Source: Escherichia coli (GTDB lineage Bacteria; Pseudomonadota; Gammaproteobacteria; Enterobacterales; Enterobacteriaceae). Taken from it: a stretch of 40,620 bases of DNA. Below, piece after piece: positions 10,461-18,030 of the stretch (position 1 is its first letter; the number at the start of each line of letters is the position of its first letter). Location: assembly GCA_026712415.1 (NCBI GenBank), contig GCA_026712415.1_4696.1; one strand, 5' to 3'. The notes beneath the pieces were generated by a model. The model worked only from the letters and a program-made list of their open reading frames with translations. It made no database searches and was not told the origin of the DNA. A program made the translations under genes and the position numbers.

Positions 10461-10669
10461 TGGGTGATTATCTACGTGTACTGGCGGCTATCAAAAGCTG
10501 CCCTAAGACCTTTCAGTCGAACTATGTGCGCAACAATGCGTCACTGGTGGCTGAGGCTGCGAGTCGTGGCCATATCTCTTGCCTATCAGTCGATGGGCGT
10601 AATGCTGGCGCTTGGGAAGTAACAGGCGCTGGTGTCCGATTCCTGAAGAAGATGGGAGGTTGCGTATGA
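10460..10669 (+). CDS. gp5.7-like protein
   Basis: 69 aa; AIKSCPKTFQSNYVRNNASLVAEAASRGHISCL matches recalled T7 gp5.7. Confidence 0.85.
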   Translation: MGDYLRVLAAIKSCPKTFQSNYVRNNASLVAEAASRGHISCLSVDGRNAGAWEVTGAGVRFLKKMGGCV

Positions 10670-10848
10670 GTATATCTAAAAGCGACACTGTAACGATGCC
10701 TCGTGAAGCATGGAATGATGTTAACGCATATATTGAGTTCCTTGAGGGTCGCCTAGCGAAGCTGAATGCTCTTGAGGCCCACGGTGTAGACAATTGGTGT
10801 GGCTACGATGATGCTGTAGCTGAACTCTTTACGGAGGATGACCTATGA
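10666..10848 (+). CDS. gp5.9-like protein (RecBCD inhibitor family)
   Basis: GGGAGG RBS then ATG 10666; acidic 60-aa product at the gene 5.9 position. Confidence 0.6.
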   Translation: MSISKSDTVTMPREAWNDVNAYIEFLEGRLAKLNALEAHGVDNWCGYDDAVAELFTEDDL

Positions 10849-11759
10849 GCGCATTAACTCTGAAGGAGTTCTATGAGTTACGCCAAGGGAAATCAGATAA
10901 GGGTGTTCTCGTAATGGATGGTGACTGGTTGGTATTCCAAGCGATGGCAGCAAGTGAAGTCGAGACCGATTGGGGCGATGATTGCTGGACCTTAGAGTGT
11001 GACCACGGGAAAGCGTGGAACATTCTGGTTGACTCTATCAAGTCCTATGCGAGCCGTAAGAAGGCTTGGCGTGATGCACCTATCGTACTGGCCTTCACTG
11101 ACGCTGTGAACTGGCGCAAGGAACTGGTGGACCCAACCTATAAGGAGAACCGTAAGGCATCCCGTAAGCCTGTAGGCTACCGTGCGTTCGTCGAGCGTGT
11201 TCAAGCCTTTGAGGACTGGACGTCTATCCTTGAGCCTCGCTTAGAGGGTGATGACGTAATGGGAATCATTGGGTCTGGTGCTAAACACTTTGGTTTCAAG
11301 AAGGCTGTACTGGTCTCCTGTGATAAGGACTTTAAGACCATCCCTGATTGTGACTTCTTGTGGTGTACCACTGGTAACATCTTGACTCAAGACCAGACGA
11401 CTGCCGACTACTGGCACATCTATCAGACCATCAAAGGTGACTTGACAGATGGCTATGGTGGCATTCCGGGCTGGGGAGAGACTACCGCTGAGTGGCTGGA
11501 GAACCCGTATGCCTTTGAACAGGTTGAGAAAACTTTCAAGTCTGGTGCTCGTAAGGGACAGACAGTTCTCGAATGGAAAAAGGTTGACATGGGTGAGCGA
11601 ACCCTATGGGAAGCTATTGTGACACTTGGTGCAAAAGCTGGGATGACCGAAGAGGAAATCATTAAGCAAGGCCAGATGGCTCGCATCCTGCGTTTCGAAG
11701 AGTACAACTTTATCGACAAGGAGATTTACCTATGGTCGCCGGAACAGTTGCGTTCGTAG
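10845..11759 (+). CDS. 5'-3' exonuclease (gene 6)
   Basis: 304 aa at the gene 6 position; start overlaps gp5.9 stop. Confidence 0.9.
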   Translation: MSALTLKEFYELRQGKSDKGVLVMDGDWLVFQAMAASEVETDWGDDCWTLECDHGKAWNILVDSIKSYASRKKAWRDAPIVLAFTDAVNWRKELVDPTYKENRKASRKPVGYRAFVERVQAFEDWTSILEPRLEGDDVMGIIGSGAKHFGFKKAVLVSCDKDFKTIPDCDFLWCTTGNILTQDQTTADYWHIYQTIKGDLTDGYGGIPGWGETTAEWLENPYAFEQVEKTFKSGARKGQTVLEWKKVDMGERTLWEAIVTLGAKAGMTEEEIIKQGQMARILRFEEYNFIDKEIYLWSPEQLRS

Positions 11760-11846
11760 TGTTCGCAATCGTAGCCTTCTCTATGGTGTGGGCTGCATTT
11801 ATAGCTAAGAGTGTGTAACTCTAGGCATTCTTCTCGATAGTGAAAT

Positions 11847-11869
11847 CAATACGACTCACTATTGAGAGG
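11847..11869 (+). promoter_or_regulatory. T7-type promoter (phi6.5-like)
   Basis: CAATACGACTCACTATTGAGAGG. Confidence 0.7.
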
Positions 11870-11920
11870 GGTGCCTATATGATACCTACTTTAAGTTTAA
11901 CTTTAAGGAGAACATTAATT

Positions 11921-12166
11921 ATGTTAACCCCTATCAAGAAGTATATGGAGAACCCACAAGATATTCCTAATGTTCCTCGGAGTGTTATGGAGTACCTACA
12001 GGTTCAGTACAATGCTGGATATGCTATTCAGTCAGGACTAATCAACCGATTAAAACAGGCTGGATGGTCTGAAAGCTACATCGCTGGGTTCCTCGCGGGT
12101 CTCAACTATGCGTCTCAAACTCTGGACGACATGGAGGCAATCCGTAAGGAACAGGCTGAGTCCTAA
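11921..12166 (+). CDS. gp6.5-like protein
   Basis: AAGGAG RBS then ATG 11921; 81 aa (ORF-track start 11840 lies upstream of the promoter and is rejected). Confidence 0.65.
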   Translation: MLTPIKKYMENPQDIPNVPRSVMEYLQVQYNAGYAIQSGLINRLKQAGWSESYIAGFLAGLNYASQTLDDMEAIRKEQAES

Positions 12167-12181
12167 TCGTATGGAGGTCTT

Positions 12182-12457
12182 ATGTGCTTTTCACCAAAGA
12201 TTAAGACACCTAAAGTAAAGACTGAATCCATCCGAGCTATCGACCCTGCTCCACTGACTGAGGAACCGAAAGGTATTCTCTTTGGTGGCGAAGAGGACAA
12301 TGATAGCGGAACCTCTTCTGAGGTGCCAACGGGTGGCAAGAAGTCCCTGAAGGTGAAACTGGATGACTCCGTTGAGAAGTCCAAGAAGGCAGACTCCGAT
12401 GCTGCCAAGAAGAAGTCTAAATCTGGTATCCGTACCAGTATCTTTAAGAAGAAATAA
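12182..12457 (+). CDS. gp6.7-like virion protein
   Basis: MCFSPKIKTPK... N-terminus matches recalled T7 gp6.7; GGAGG RBS. Confidence 0.8.
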   Translation: MCFSPKIKTPKVKTESIRAIDPAPLTEEPKGILFGGEEDNDSGTSSEVPTGGKKSLKVKLDDSVEKSKKADSDAAKKKSKSGIRTSIFKKK

Positions 12458-12471
12458 ATAGGAGGTCTATC

Positions 12472-12840
12472 ATGGGTTGGGGTAAAAAGATTCGCAAATC
12501 AGTTAAGAAGGCTATCAAGAAAGTAACCAAGCCTATCGAGAAGGTAGTCAAGGAAACTGGTAAGGCAGTCGAGAAGGTCGGGAAGGAAGCTGGTAAGGTC
12601 GTTGGTGGCGTTGCTGGTGCACTTGCTGGTGGTGGTAAGCCTGATGTACAGGTGGTTGAGACACCCGCTGCTGCCGTTCAAGCTGCACCTCCTGCTGCAC
12701 AAATTATCGAGCCACCGAGTAAAGACGATGTAGACTCCGATGATGATGCACAGACTGAATCCGGTAAGAAGAAAGCCCGTGCTGGCGGTAAGAAATCACT
12801 GAGTGTCGCTCGTAGTTCTGGCGGTGGTCTTAATATCTAA
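12472..12840 (+). CDS. gp7.3-like tail/adsorption protein
   Basis: Lys-rich N-terminus and C-terminal ...KKARAGGKKSLSVARSSGGGLNI match recalled T7 gp7.3. Confidence 0.8.
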   Translation: MGWGKKIRKSVKKAIKKVTKPIEKVVKETGKAVEKVGKEAGKVVGGVAGALAGGGKPDVQVVETPAAAVQAAPPAAQIIEPPSKDDVDSDDDAQTESGKKKARAGGKKSLSVARSSGGGLNI

Positions 12841-12854
12841 CAAGGAGGCGCTAA

Positions 12855-14462
12855 ATGGCAAGCTCACAGAAACGTGAAGGCTTCGCTGAGAATGGTGCCA
12901 AGGCGGTGTATGACGCATTGAAGAACGACCGGAACTCCTATGAGACCCGTGCGGAAAACTGTGCGAAGTACACCATCCCTTCGTTGTTCCCTAAAGACTC
13001 CGACAACGCCTCTACTGACTACACCACTCCGTGGCAAGCAGTTGGCGCTCGTGGCTTGAACAACTTGGCCTCTAAGCTCATGCTCGCTCTGTTCCCTATG
13101 CAGACGTGGATGAAGCTGACCATCTCTGAGTTCGAAGCGAAACAATTGGTTGCACAGCCAGCCGAACTAGCGAAGGTCGAAGAAGGTCTCTCAATGGTCG
13201 AGCGAATCTTGATGAACTACATCGAGTCCAACTCGTACCGTGTGACACTCTTTGAGACCCTCAAGCAGTTGGTCGTTGCAGGTAACGCTCTGCTCTACAT
13301 TCCTGAACCTGAAGGTACTTACAATCCCATGAAGCTATACCGCCTGTCTTCTTATGTTGTCCAACGAGACGCATTCGGCACGGTGCTACAGATTGTAACC
13401 TTAGATAAGACTGCCTATGCAGCACTTCCAGAAGACGTTCGAAACTCTATGGACTCCGGTCAGGAACATAAAGGCGACGAAATGATTGATGTGTACACTC
13501 ACATTTATCTTGCCGAAGAATCTGGTGAGTACCTCAAGTACGAAGAGATTGATGGTGTTGAAGTCGATGGTACAGATGCTTCTTATCCGGTGGACGCTTG
13601 TCCTTATATCCCGGTTCGCATGGTACGCATTGATGGAGAATCATATGGTCGTTCTTACTGTGAGGAATACTTAGGTGACTTACGGTCCCTTGAGAACCTC
13701 CAAGAAGCTATCGTTAAGATGTCAATGATTAGTGCTAAAGTTATTGGCTTGGTTAACCCGGCTGGTATCACACAGGTTCGTCGTTTGACCAAAGCACAGA
13801 CTGGTGACTTCGTGTCTGGTCGTCCAGAAGACATCTCGTTCCTTCAGCTTGAAAAGGCCGCAGACTTCTCTGTAGCGAAAGCTGTGAGTGAACAGATTGA
13901 GGGCCGACTGTCCTATGCCTTTATGTTGAACTCCGCTGTGCAACGCACTGGTGAGCGTGTGACTGCCGAAGAGATTCGATATGTTGCATCTGAACTCGAA
14001 GATACCCTTGGTGGTGTCTATTCGATTCTCTCACAGGAACTTCAGTTGCCAATGGTTCGTGTCCTGCTGAAGCAACTTCAAGCGACCAATCAGATTCCTG
14101 AGCTACCGAAAGAGGCCGTTGAGCCTACTATCAGTACCGGGATGGAAGCACTGGGTCGTGGTCAAGACCTCGATAAGCTGGAACGTTGTATTGCTGCTTG
14201 GTCTGCTCTTGCTCCTATGCAGAATGACCCGGACATCAACATTGCGACCATTAAGTTGCGCATTGCGAACGCTATCGGCATCGACACTTCCGGTATCCTT
14301 AAGACACCTGAAGAGAAACAACAGGAGATGGCTGAGGCTGCACAGGGTACGGCTATGGAGAACGCTGCTGCGTCTGCTGGTGCTGGTGCTGGTGCACTTG
14401 CCACTGCAAGCCCTGAGAACATGCAAGCGGCTGCTGAACAGGCTGGAATGGTTCCAAATTAA
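12855..14462 (+). CDS. head-to-tail connector / portal protein (gene 8)
   Basis: 535 aa; long conserved blocks (PWQAVGARGLNNLASKLMLALFPMQTWM, GESYGRSYCEEYLGDLRSLENLQEAIVKMSMIS) match recalled T7 gp8. Confidence 0.97.
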   Translation: MASSQKREGFAENGAKAVYDALKNDRNSYETRAENCAKYTIPSLFPKDSDNASTDYTTPWQAVGARGLNNLASKLMLALFPMQTWMKLTISEFEAKQLVAQPAELAKVEEGLSMVERILMNYIESNSYRVTLFETLKQLVVAGNALLYIPEPEGTYNPMKLYRLSSYVVQRDAFGTVLQIVTLDKTAYAALPEDVRNSMDSGQEHKGDEMIDVYTHIYLAEESGEYLKYEEIDGVEVDGTDASYPVDACPYIPVRMVRIDGESYGRSYCEEYLGDLRSLENLQEAIVKMSMISAKVIGLVNPAGITQVRRLTKAQTGDFVSGRPEDISFLQLEKAADFSVAKAVSEQIEGRLSYAFMLNSAVQRTGERVTAEEIRYVASELEDTLGGVYSILSQELQLPMVRVLLKQLQATNQIPELPKEAVEPTISTGMEALGRGQDLDKLERCIAAWSALAPMQNDPDINIATIKLRIANAIGIDTSGILKTPEEKQQEMAEAAQGTAMENAAASAGAGAGALATASPENMQAAAEQAGMVPN

Positions 14463-14482
14463 TACGACTCACTAATGGGAGA
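14460..14482 (+). promoter_or_regulatory. T7-type promoter (phi9-like), overlaps portal stop
   Basis: TAATACGACTCACTAATGGGAGA; transcript begins with a GGGAG...CTCCC hairpin. Confidence 0.85.
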
Positions 14483-14538
14483 GACAATACGTCCTCCCTT
14501 TGAGTTCAACTTTATGAAATCTAAAGGAGATAACAATT

Positions 14539-15450
14539 ATGGCTGGTGAATCTAACGCTGACGTATACGCATCTTTTGGTGTGAACTCTGCGGTTGTAGG
14601 TGGGTCTACTCCTACTGACCACGAACAGGCTATGCTTGAACTCGACGTTGCTGCCCGTGATGGTGATGACGCAATCGAGTTAGTTGGCAATGATGACCCT
14701 TATGGTAATCCAGACCCGTTTGGTGAAGAAGACGAGAATCGTACTGAGATTCGTATCTCCACTGATGGTGAACCTGAAGAGACCGAAGAGGGCGAGATTG
14801 ATTACTCCGAAGGCAACGAAGAAGGTTCCGAAGAGTTTGAACCTGTGGGTGACGTTCCAGACGAACTGAATGAAGCCTCAAGTCAACTCGAAGAGCATGA
14901 AGCTGGCTTCGAAGAGATGGTCAATCAGGCTGCTGAACGTGGTCTGTCCGAAGAAACTATCGTCCGTATCCAACAGGAATATGGTGAAGATGGTCTGTCC
15001 GAAGAGTCCTATGAAGAACTGGCTAAGGCTGGCTACTCTAAGTCCTTCGTTGACTCCTACATCCGTGGTCAGGAAGCACTGGTAGAACAGTATGTTCAGT
15101 CCGTTATGGAGTACGCTGGCGGTGAAGCACAGTTCCAAGCAATCTACAATCACCTCGAAGTGTCCAACCCGGATGCTGCCGAGTCTCTGATTAGTGCCTT
15201 GGAGAATCGTGACCTCGCAACAGTTAAGGCTATCGTTAATCTCGCTGGTGCAAGCCGTGCGAAGACTTTCGGTAAACCTGCTGCCCGTAGTATCTCTAAA
15301 CGTGCCGTCCCTGCTGCACCTGTACGAGCCAAACAGTCTGGCTTTGAGTCACAGGCTGAGATGATTGCTGCAATGTCTGACCCTCGCTACCGTTCGGACT
15401 CTAAGTTCCGTGCTGAAGTTGAGCGTAAGATGATGTACAGTAACTTCTAA
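14539..15450 (+). CDS. capsid assembly scaffolding protein (gene 9)
   Basis: 303 aa, highly acidic; SYIRGQEALVEQYVQSVMEYAGG and ...DPRYRSDSKFRAEVERKMMYSNF match recalled T7 gp9. Confidence 0.93.
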   Translation: MAGESNADVYASFGVNSAVVGGSTPTDHEQAMLELDVAARDGDDAIELVGNDDPYGNPDPFGEEDENRTEIRISTDGEPEETEEGEIDYSEGNEEGSEEFEPVGDVPDELNEASSQLEEHEAGFEEMVNQAAERGLSEETIVRIQQEYGEDGLSEESYEELAKAGYSKSFVDSYIRGQEALVEQYVQSVMEYAGGEAQFQAIYNHLEVSNPDAAESLISALENRDLATVKAIVNLAGASRAKTFGKPAARSISKRAVPAAPVRAKQSGFESQAEMIAAMSDPRYRSDSKFRAEVERKMMYSNF

Positions 15451-15453
15451 AAT

Positions 15454-15476
15454 TAATACGACTCACTATTGGGAGA
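15454..15476 (+). promoter_or_regulatory. T7-type promoter (phi10-like), best consensus copy
   Basis: TAATACGACTCACTATTGGGAGA, 22/23 match to the T7 consensus. Confidence 0.9.
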
Positions 15477-15644
15477 GAGATGGAATCCCACGATTGGAGG
15501 TCACACAGACCATTAAGTTGCTGTGACATCTGGCTTCCGGGCTTGTCGTGGGAATGCTCCCTTTGAGTGATACACAATGAGAACCAACTCGTTTCAAGTA
15601 GTACCTCACACATTAAACTTTAAATCAACAGAAGGAGATTCAAC

Positions 15645-16688
15645 ATGGCTAGCATGAATGGTGGACAACAGATGGGTAAAGACCAAGGTAAAGGTATGAG
15701 CGCTGGTGATAAACTGGCTCTGTTCCTGAAGGTCTTCGGTGGTGAAGTTCTGACTGCATTTACCCGTACCTCCGTAACTATGAACAAACACCTTGTTCGC
15801 TCTATCCAGTCCGGTAAGTCCGCGCAGTTCCCTGTGCTGGGTCGTACCAAAGCTGCTTACCTGCAACCGGGTGAGAACCTCGATGACAAACGTAAAGACA
15901 TGAAGCACACTGAGCGTACCATTAACATTGATGGTCTGCTGACTGCTGACGTTCTGATTTACGACATCGAAGACGCAATGAACCACTATGACGTGCGCTC
16001 CGAGTATACCGCACAGTTGGGTGAATCTCTTGCGATGGCTGCTGATGGCGCGGTTCTGGCTGAAATGGCTAAACTGTGTAACCTGCCGTCTGCGTCTAAC
16101 GAGAACATCGCTGGTCTCGGTAAGGCTCATGTACTGGAAGTTGGCAAGCAGTCTGAGCTTCGGGGAGACCAAGTTAAGCTGGGTCAGGCTATTATCGCAC
16201 AGTTAACTCTGGCTCGTGCCAAGCTGACTGGCAACTATGTTCCGTCTGCTGACCGTGTGTTCTACACCACTCCAGACAACTACTCTGCTATTCTGGCTGC
16301 TCTGATGCCTAACGCTGCAAACTATCAGGCTCTGATTGACCCGTCTACTGGCTCTATCCGCAACGTTATGGGCTTCGAAGTTATTGAGGTTCCGCATCTG
16401 ACTGCTGGTGGTGCTGGCGAAGACCGTCCAGAAGAGGGTGCAAATCCGACTGGTCAGAAACATGCGTTCCCTGAGACTTCCTCTGGTGACACCCGTGTTG
16501 CTCTGGACAACGTTGTCGGTCTGTTCAATCACCGCTCTGCCGTTGGTACTGTTAAGCTGAAAGATATGGCACTGGAACGTGCTCGTCGAGCTAACTTCCA
16601 AGCAGACCAGATTATCGCTAAGTATGCTATGGGTCACGGTGGTCTGCGCCCTGAAGCATGTGGTGCGCTGGTTTTCAACAAGGCTTAA
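15645..16688 (+). CDS. major capsid protein 10A
   Basis: 347 aa; N-terminus MASMNGGQQMG (T7-tag-like) and extensive identity to recalled T7 gp10A. Confidence 0.97.
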   Translation: MASMNGGQQMGKDQGKGMSAGDKLALFLKVFGGEVLTAFTRTSVTMNKHLVRSIQSGKSAQFPVLGRTKAAYLQPGENLDDKRKDMKHTERTINIDGLLTADVLIYDIEDAMNHYDVRSEYTAQLGESLAMAADGAVLAEMAKLCNLPSASNENIAGLGKAHVLEVGKQSELRGDQVKLGQAIIAQLTLARAKLTGNYVPSADRVFYTTPDNYSAILAALMPNAANYQALIDPSTGSIRNVMGFEVIEVPHLTAGGAGEDRPEEGANPTGQKHAFPETSSGDTRVALDNVVGLFNHRSAVGTVKLKDMALERARRANFQADQIIAKYAMGHGGLRPEACGALVFNKA

Positions 16689-16822
16689 CTTCTCGCAAAC
16701 TCGTAGGGGACACTGAGTCCCTTACTGAAGTTGAGCAAGAGCTAACGCCACAACAGAAAGCTGCCCGTACCCGTGCGGCAAACAAGGCTCGAAAGGAAGC
16801 TGAGTTAGCTGCTACTGAATGA
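15645..16822 (+). CDS. minor capsid protein 10B by programmed -1 frameshift at GGTTTTC (16670-16676)
   Basis: T7-like slippery heptamer; the -1 frame is open for 48 codons from 16676 to TGA at 16820-16822. Confidence 0.6.
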
Positions 16823-16832
16823 TAACTATATG

Positions 16833-16876
16833 AAACCCCTTGGGTGCCTTCGCGGGTGCTTGAGGGGTTTTTTTCG
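16833..16876 (+). terminator. T-phi-like terminator for phage RNAP
   Basis: AACCCCTTGGG...CTTGAGGGGTTTTTTT hairpin plus U-run, as in T7 T-phi, downstream of the capsid gene. Confidence 0.85.
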
Positions 16877-16897
16877 CTACAACAGGAGGATACCAAC

Positions 16898-17488
16898 ATG
16901 CGTTCCTATGAAACAACCCTAGAGACAGGCGAAGAGTTGGCTGCGGTCAATGACATCTTGGCCTCTATCGGTGAACCGCCAGTCTCCACTTTGGAGGGTG
17001 ACTCTAACGCCGATGTTGCCAACGCCCGTCGAGTTCTCAATAAGATTAACCGACAGATTCAGTCTAAGGGCTGGACGTTCAACATTGAGGAAGGTCAGCA
17101 GTTGCTGCCTGATGTGTTCAACGGATTGATTCCCTATATGTCTGACTACCTGTCCGTACTGTCTGAAGGAGGCGCGACCGCTTACGTTAACCGTGGTGGT
17201 TACGTCTATGACCGGACTACAGGAACCGATGTGTTCCAGAACCCTATCACTGTGACCATCATTAAACTGAGAGAGTTCTACGAGATGCCTGAATGCTTCC
17301 GCTTCTGGATTGTAACTAAAGCTGCCCGTCAGTTTAACAACAGGTTCTTCGGTGCACCTGAGATTGACGCTGTGTTGGCTGAAGAAGAACAGGAAGCGAA
17401 GATGCAGTGTCACGAGTACGAACTTGACTTCGGTAACTTCAACATGCTTGATGGTGATGCCTTCACTGGTGGTCTGCTGTCTCGTTAA
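16898..17488 (+). CDS. tail tubular protein A (gene 11)
   Basis: [35 protein letters not shown]... matches recalled T7 gp11; AGGAGGA RBS (ORF-track start 16844 lies in the terminator and is rejected). Confidence 0.95.
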   Translation: MRSYETTLETGEELAAVNDILASIGEPPVSTLEGDSNADVANARRVLNKINRQIQSKGWTFNIEEGQQLLPDVFNGLIPYMSDYLSVLSEGGATAYVNRGGYVYDRTTGTDVFQNPITVTIIKLREFYEMPECFRFWIVTKAARQFNNRFFGAPEIDAVLAEEEQEAKMQCHEYELDFGNFNMLDGDAFTGGLLSR

Positions 17489-17715
17489 TAACTTAAGGAG
17501 GTCTCTAATGGCTCTTATTTCACAATCCGTCAAGAACCTGAATGGCGGTATCAGTCAACAGCCGAACATCTTAAGGTTCCCCGAACAGGGTTCCGAACAG
17601 ATTAACGGTTGGTCTTCGGAGACTGAGGGTCTTCAGAAGCGTCCACCTTTTGTCTTCACTAAGACCATTGGAGACCAGAATGCCCTTGGTACAAAACCGC
17701 TCATCCATTTAATCA
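17401..17715 (+). repeat. tandem direct repeat, copy 1 (315 bp; gp11 3' end, RBS, first 208 nt of gp12)
   Basis: 313/315 identical to 17716-18030; differences at 17543 (T vs G) and 17572 (T vs C). Confidence 0.95.
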
Positions 17716-18030
17716 GATGCAGTGTCACGAGTACGAACTTGACTTCGGTAACTTCAACATGCTTGATGGTGATGCCTTCACTGGTGGTCTGCTGTCTCGT
17801 TAATAACTTAAGGAGGTCTCTAATGGCTCTTATTTCACAATCCGTCAAGAACCTGAAGGGCGGTATCAGTCAACAGCCGAACATCTCAAGGTTCCCCGAA
17901 CAGGGTTCCGAACAGATTAACGGTTGGTCTTCGGAGACTGAGGGTCTTCAGAAGCGTCCACCTTTTGTCTTCACTAAGACCATTGGAGACCAGAATGCCC
18001 TTGGTACAAAACCGCTCATCCATTTAATCA
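17716..18030 (+). repeat. tandem direct repeat, copy 2
   Basis: See copy 1; this copy continues into the full gp12 coding sequence. Confidence 0.95.

Noticed and set aside
16919-17533. Minus-strand ORFs of 60-217 aa throughout the window (e.g. 16919-17533, 38486-39139, 3156-3668, 21749-22342).
   Set aside because: They lie antisense to strongly conserved + strand genes, lack RBSs and promoters, and T7-family genomes are transcribed from one strand only.
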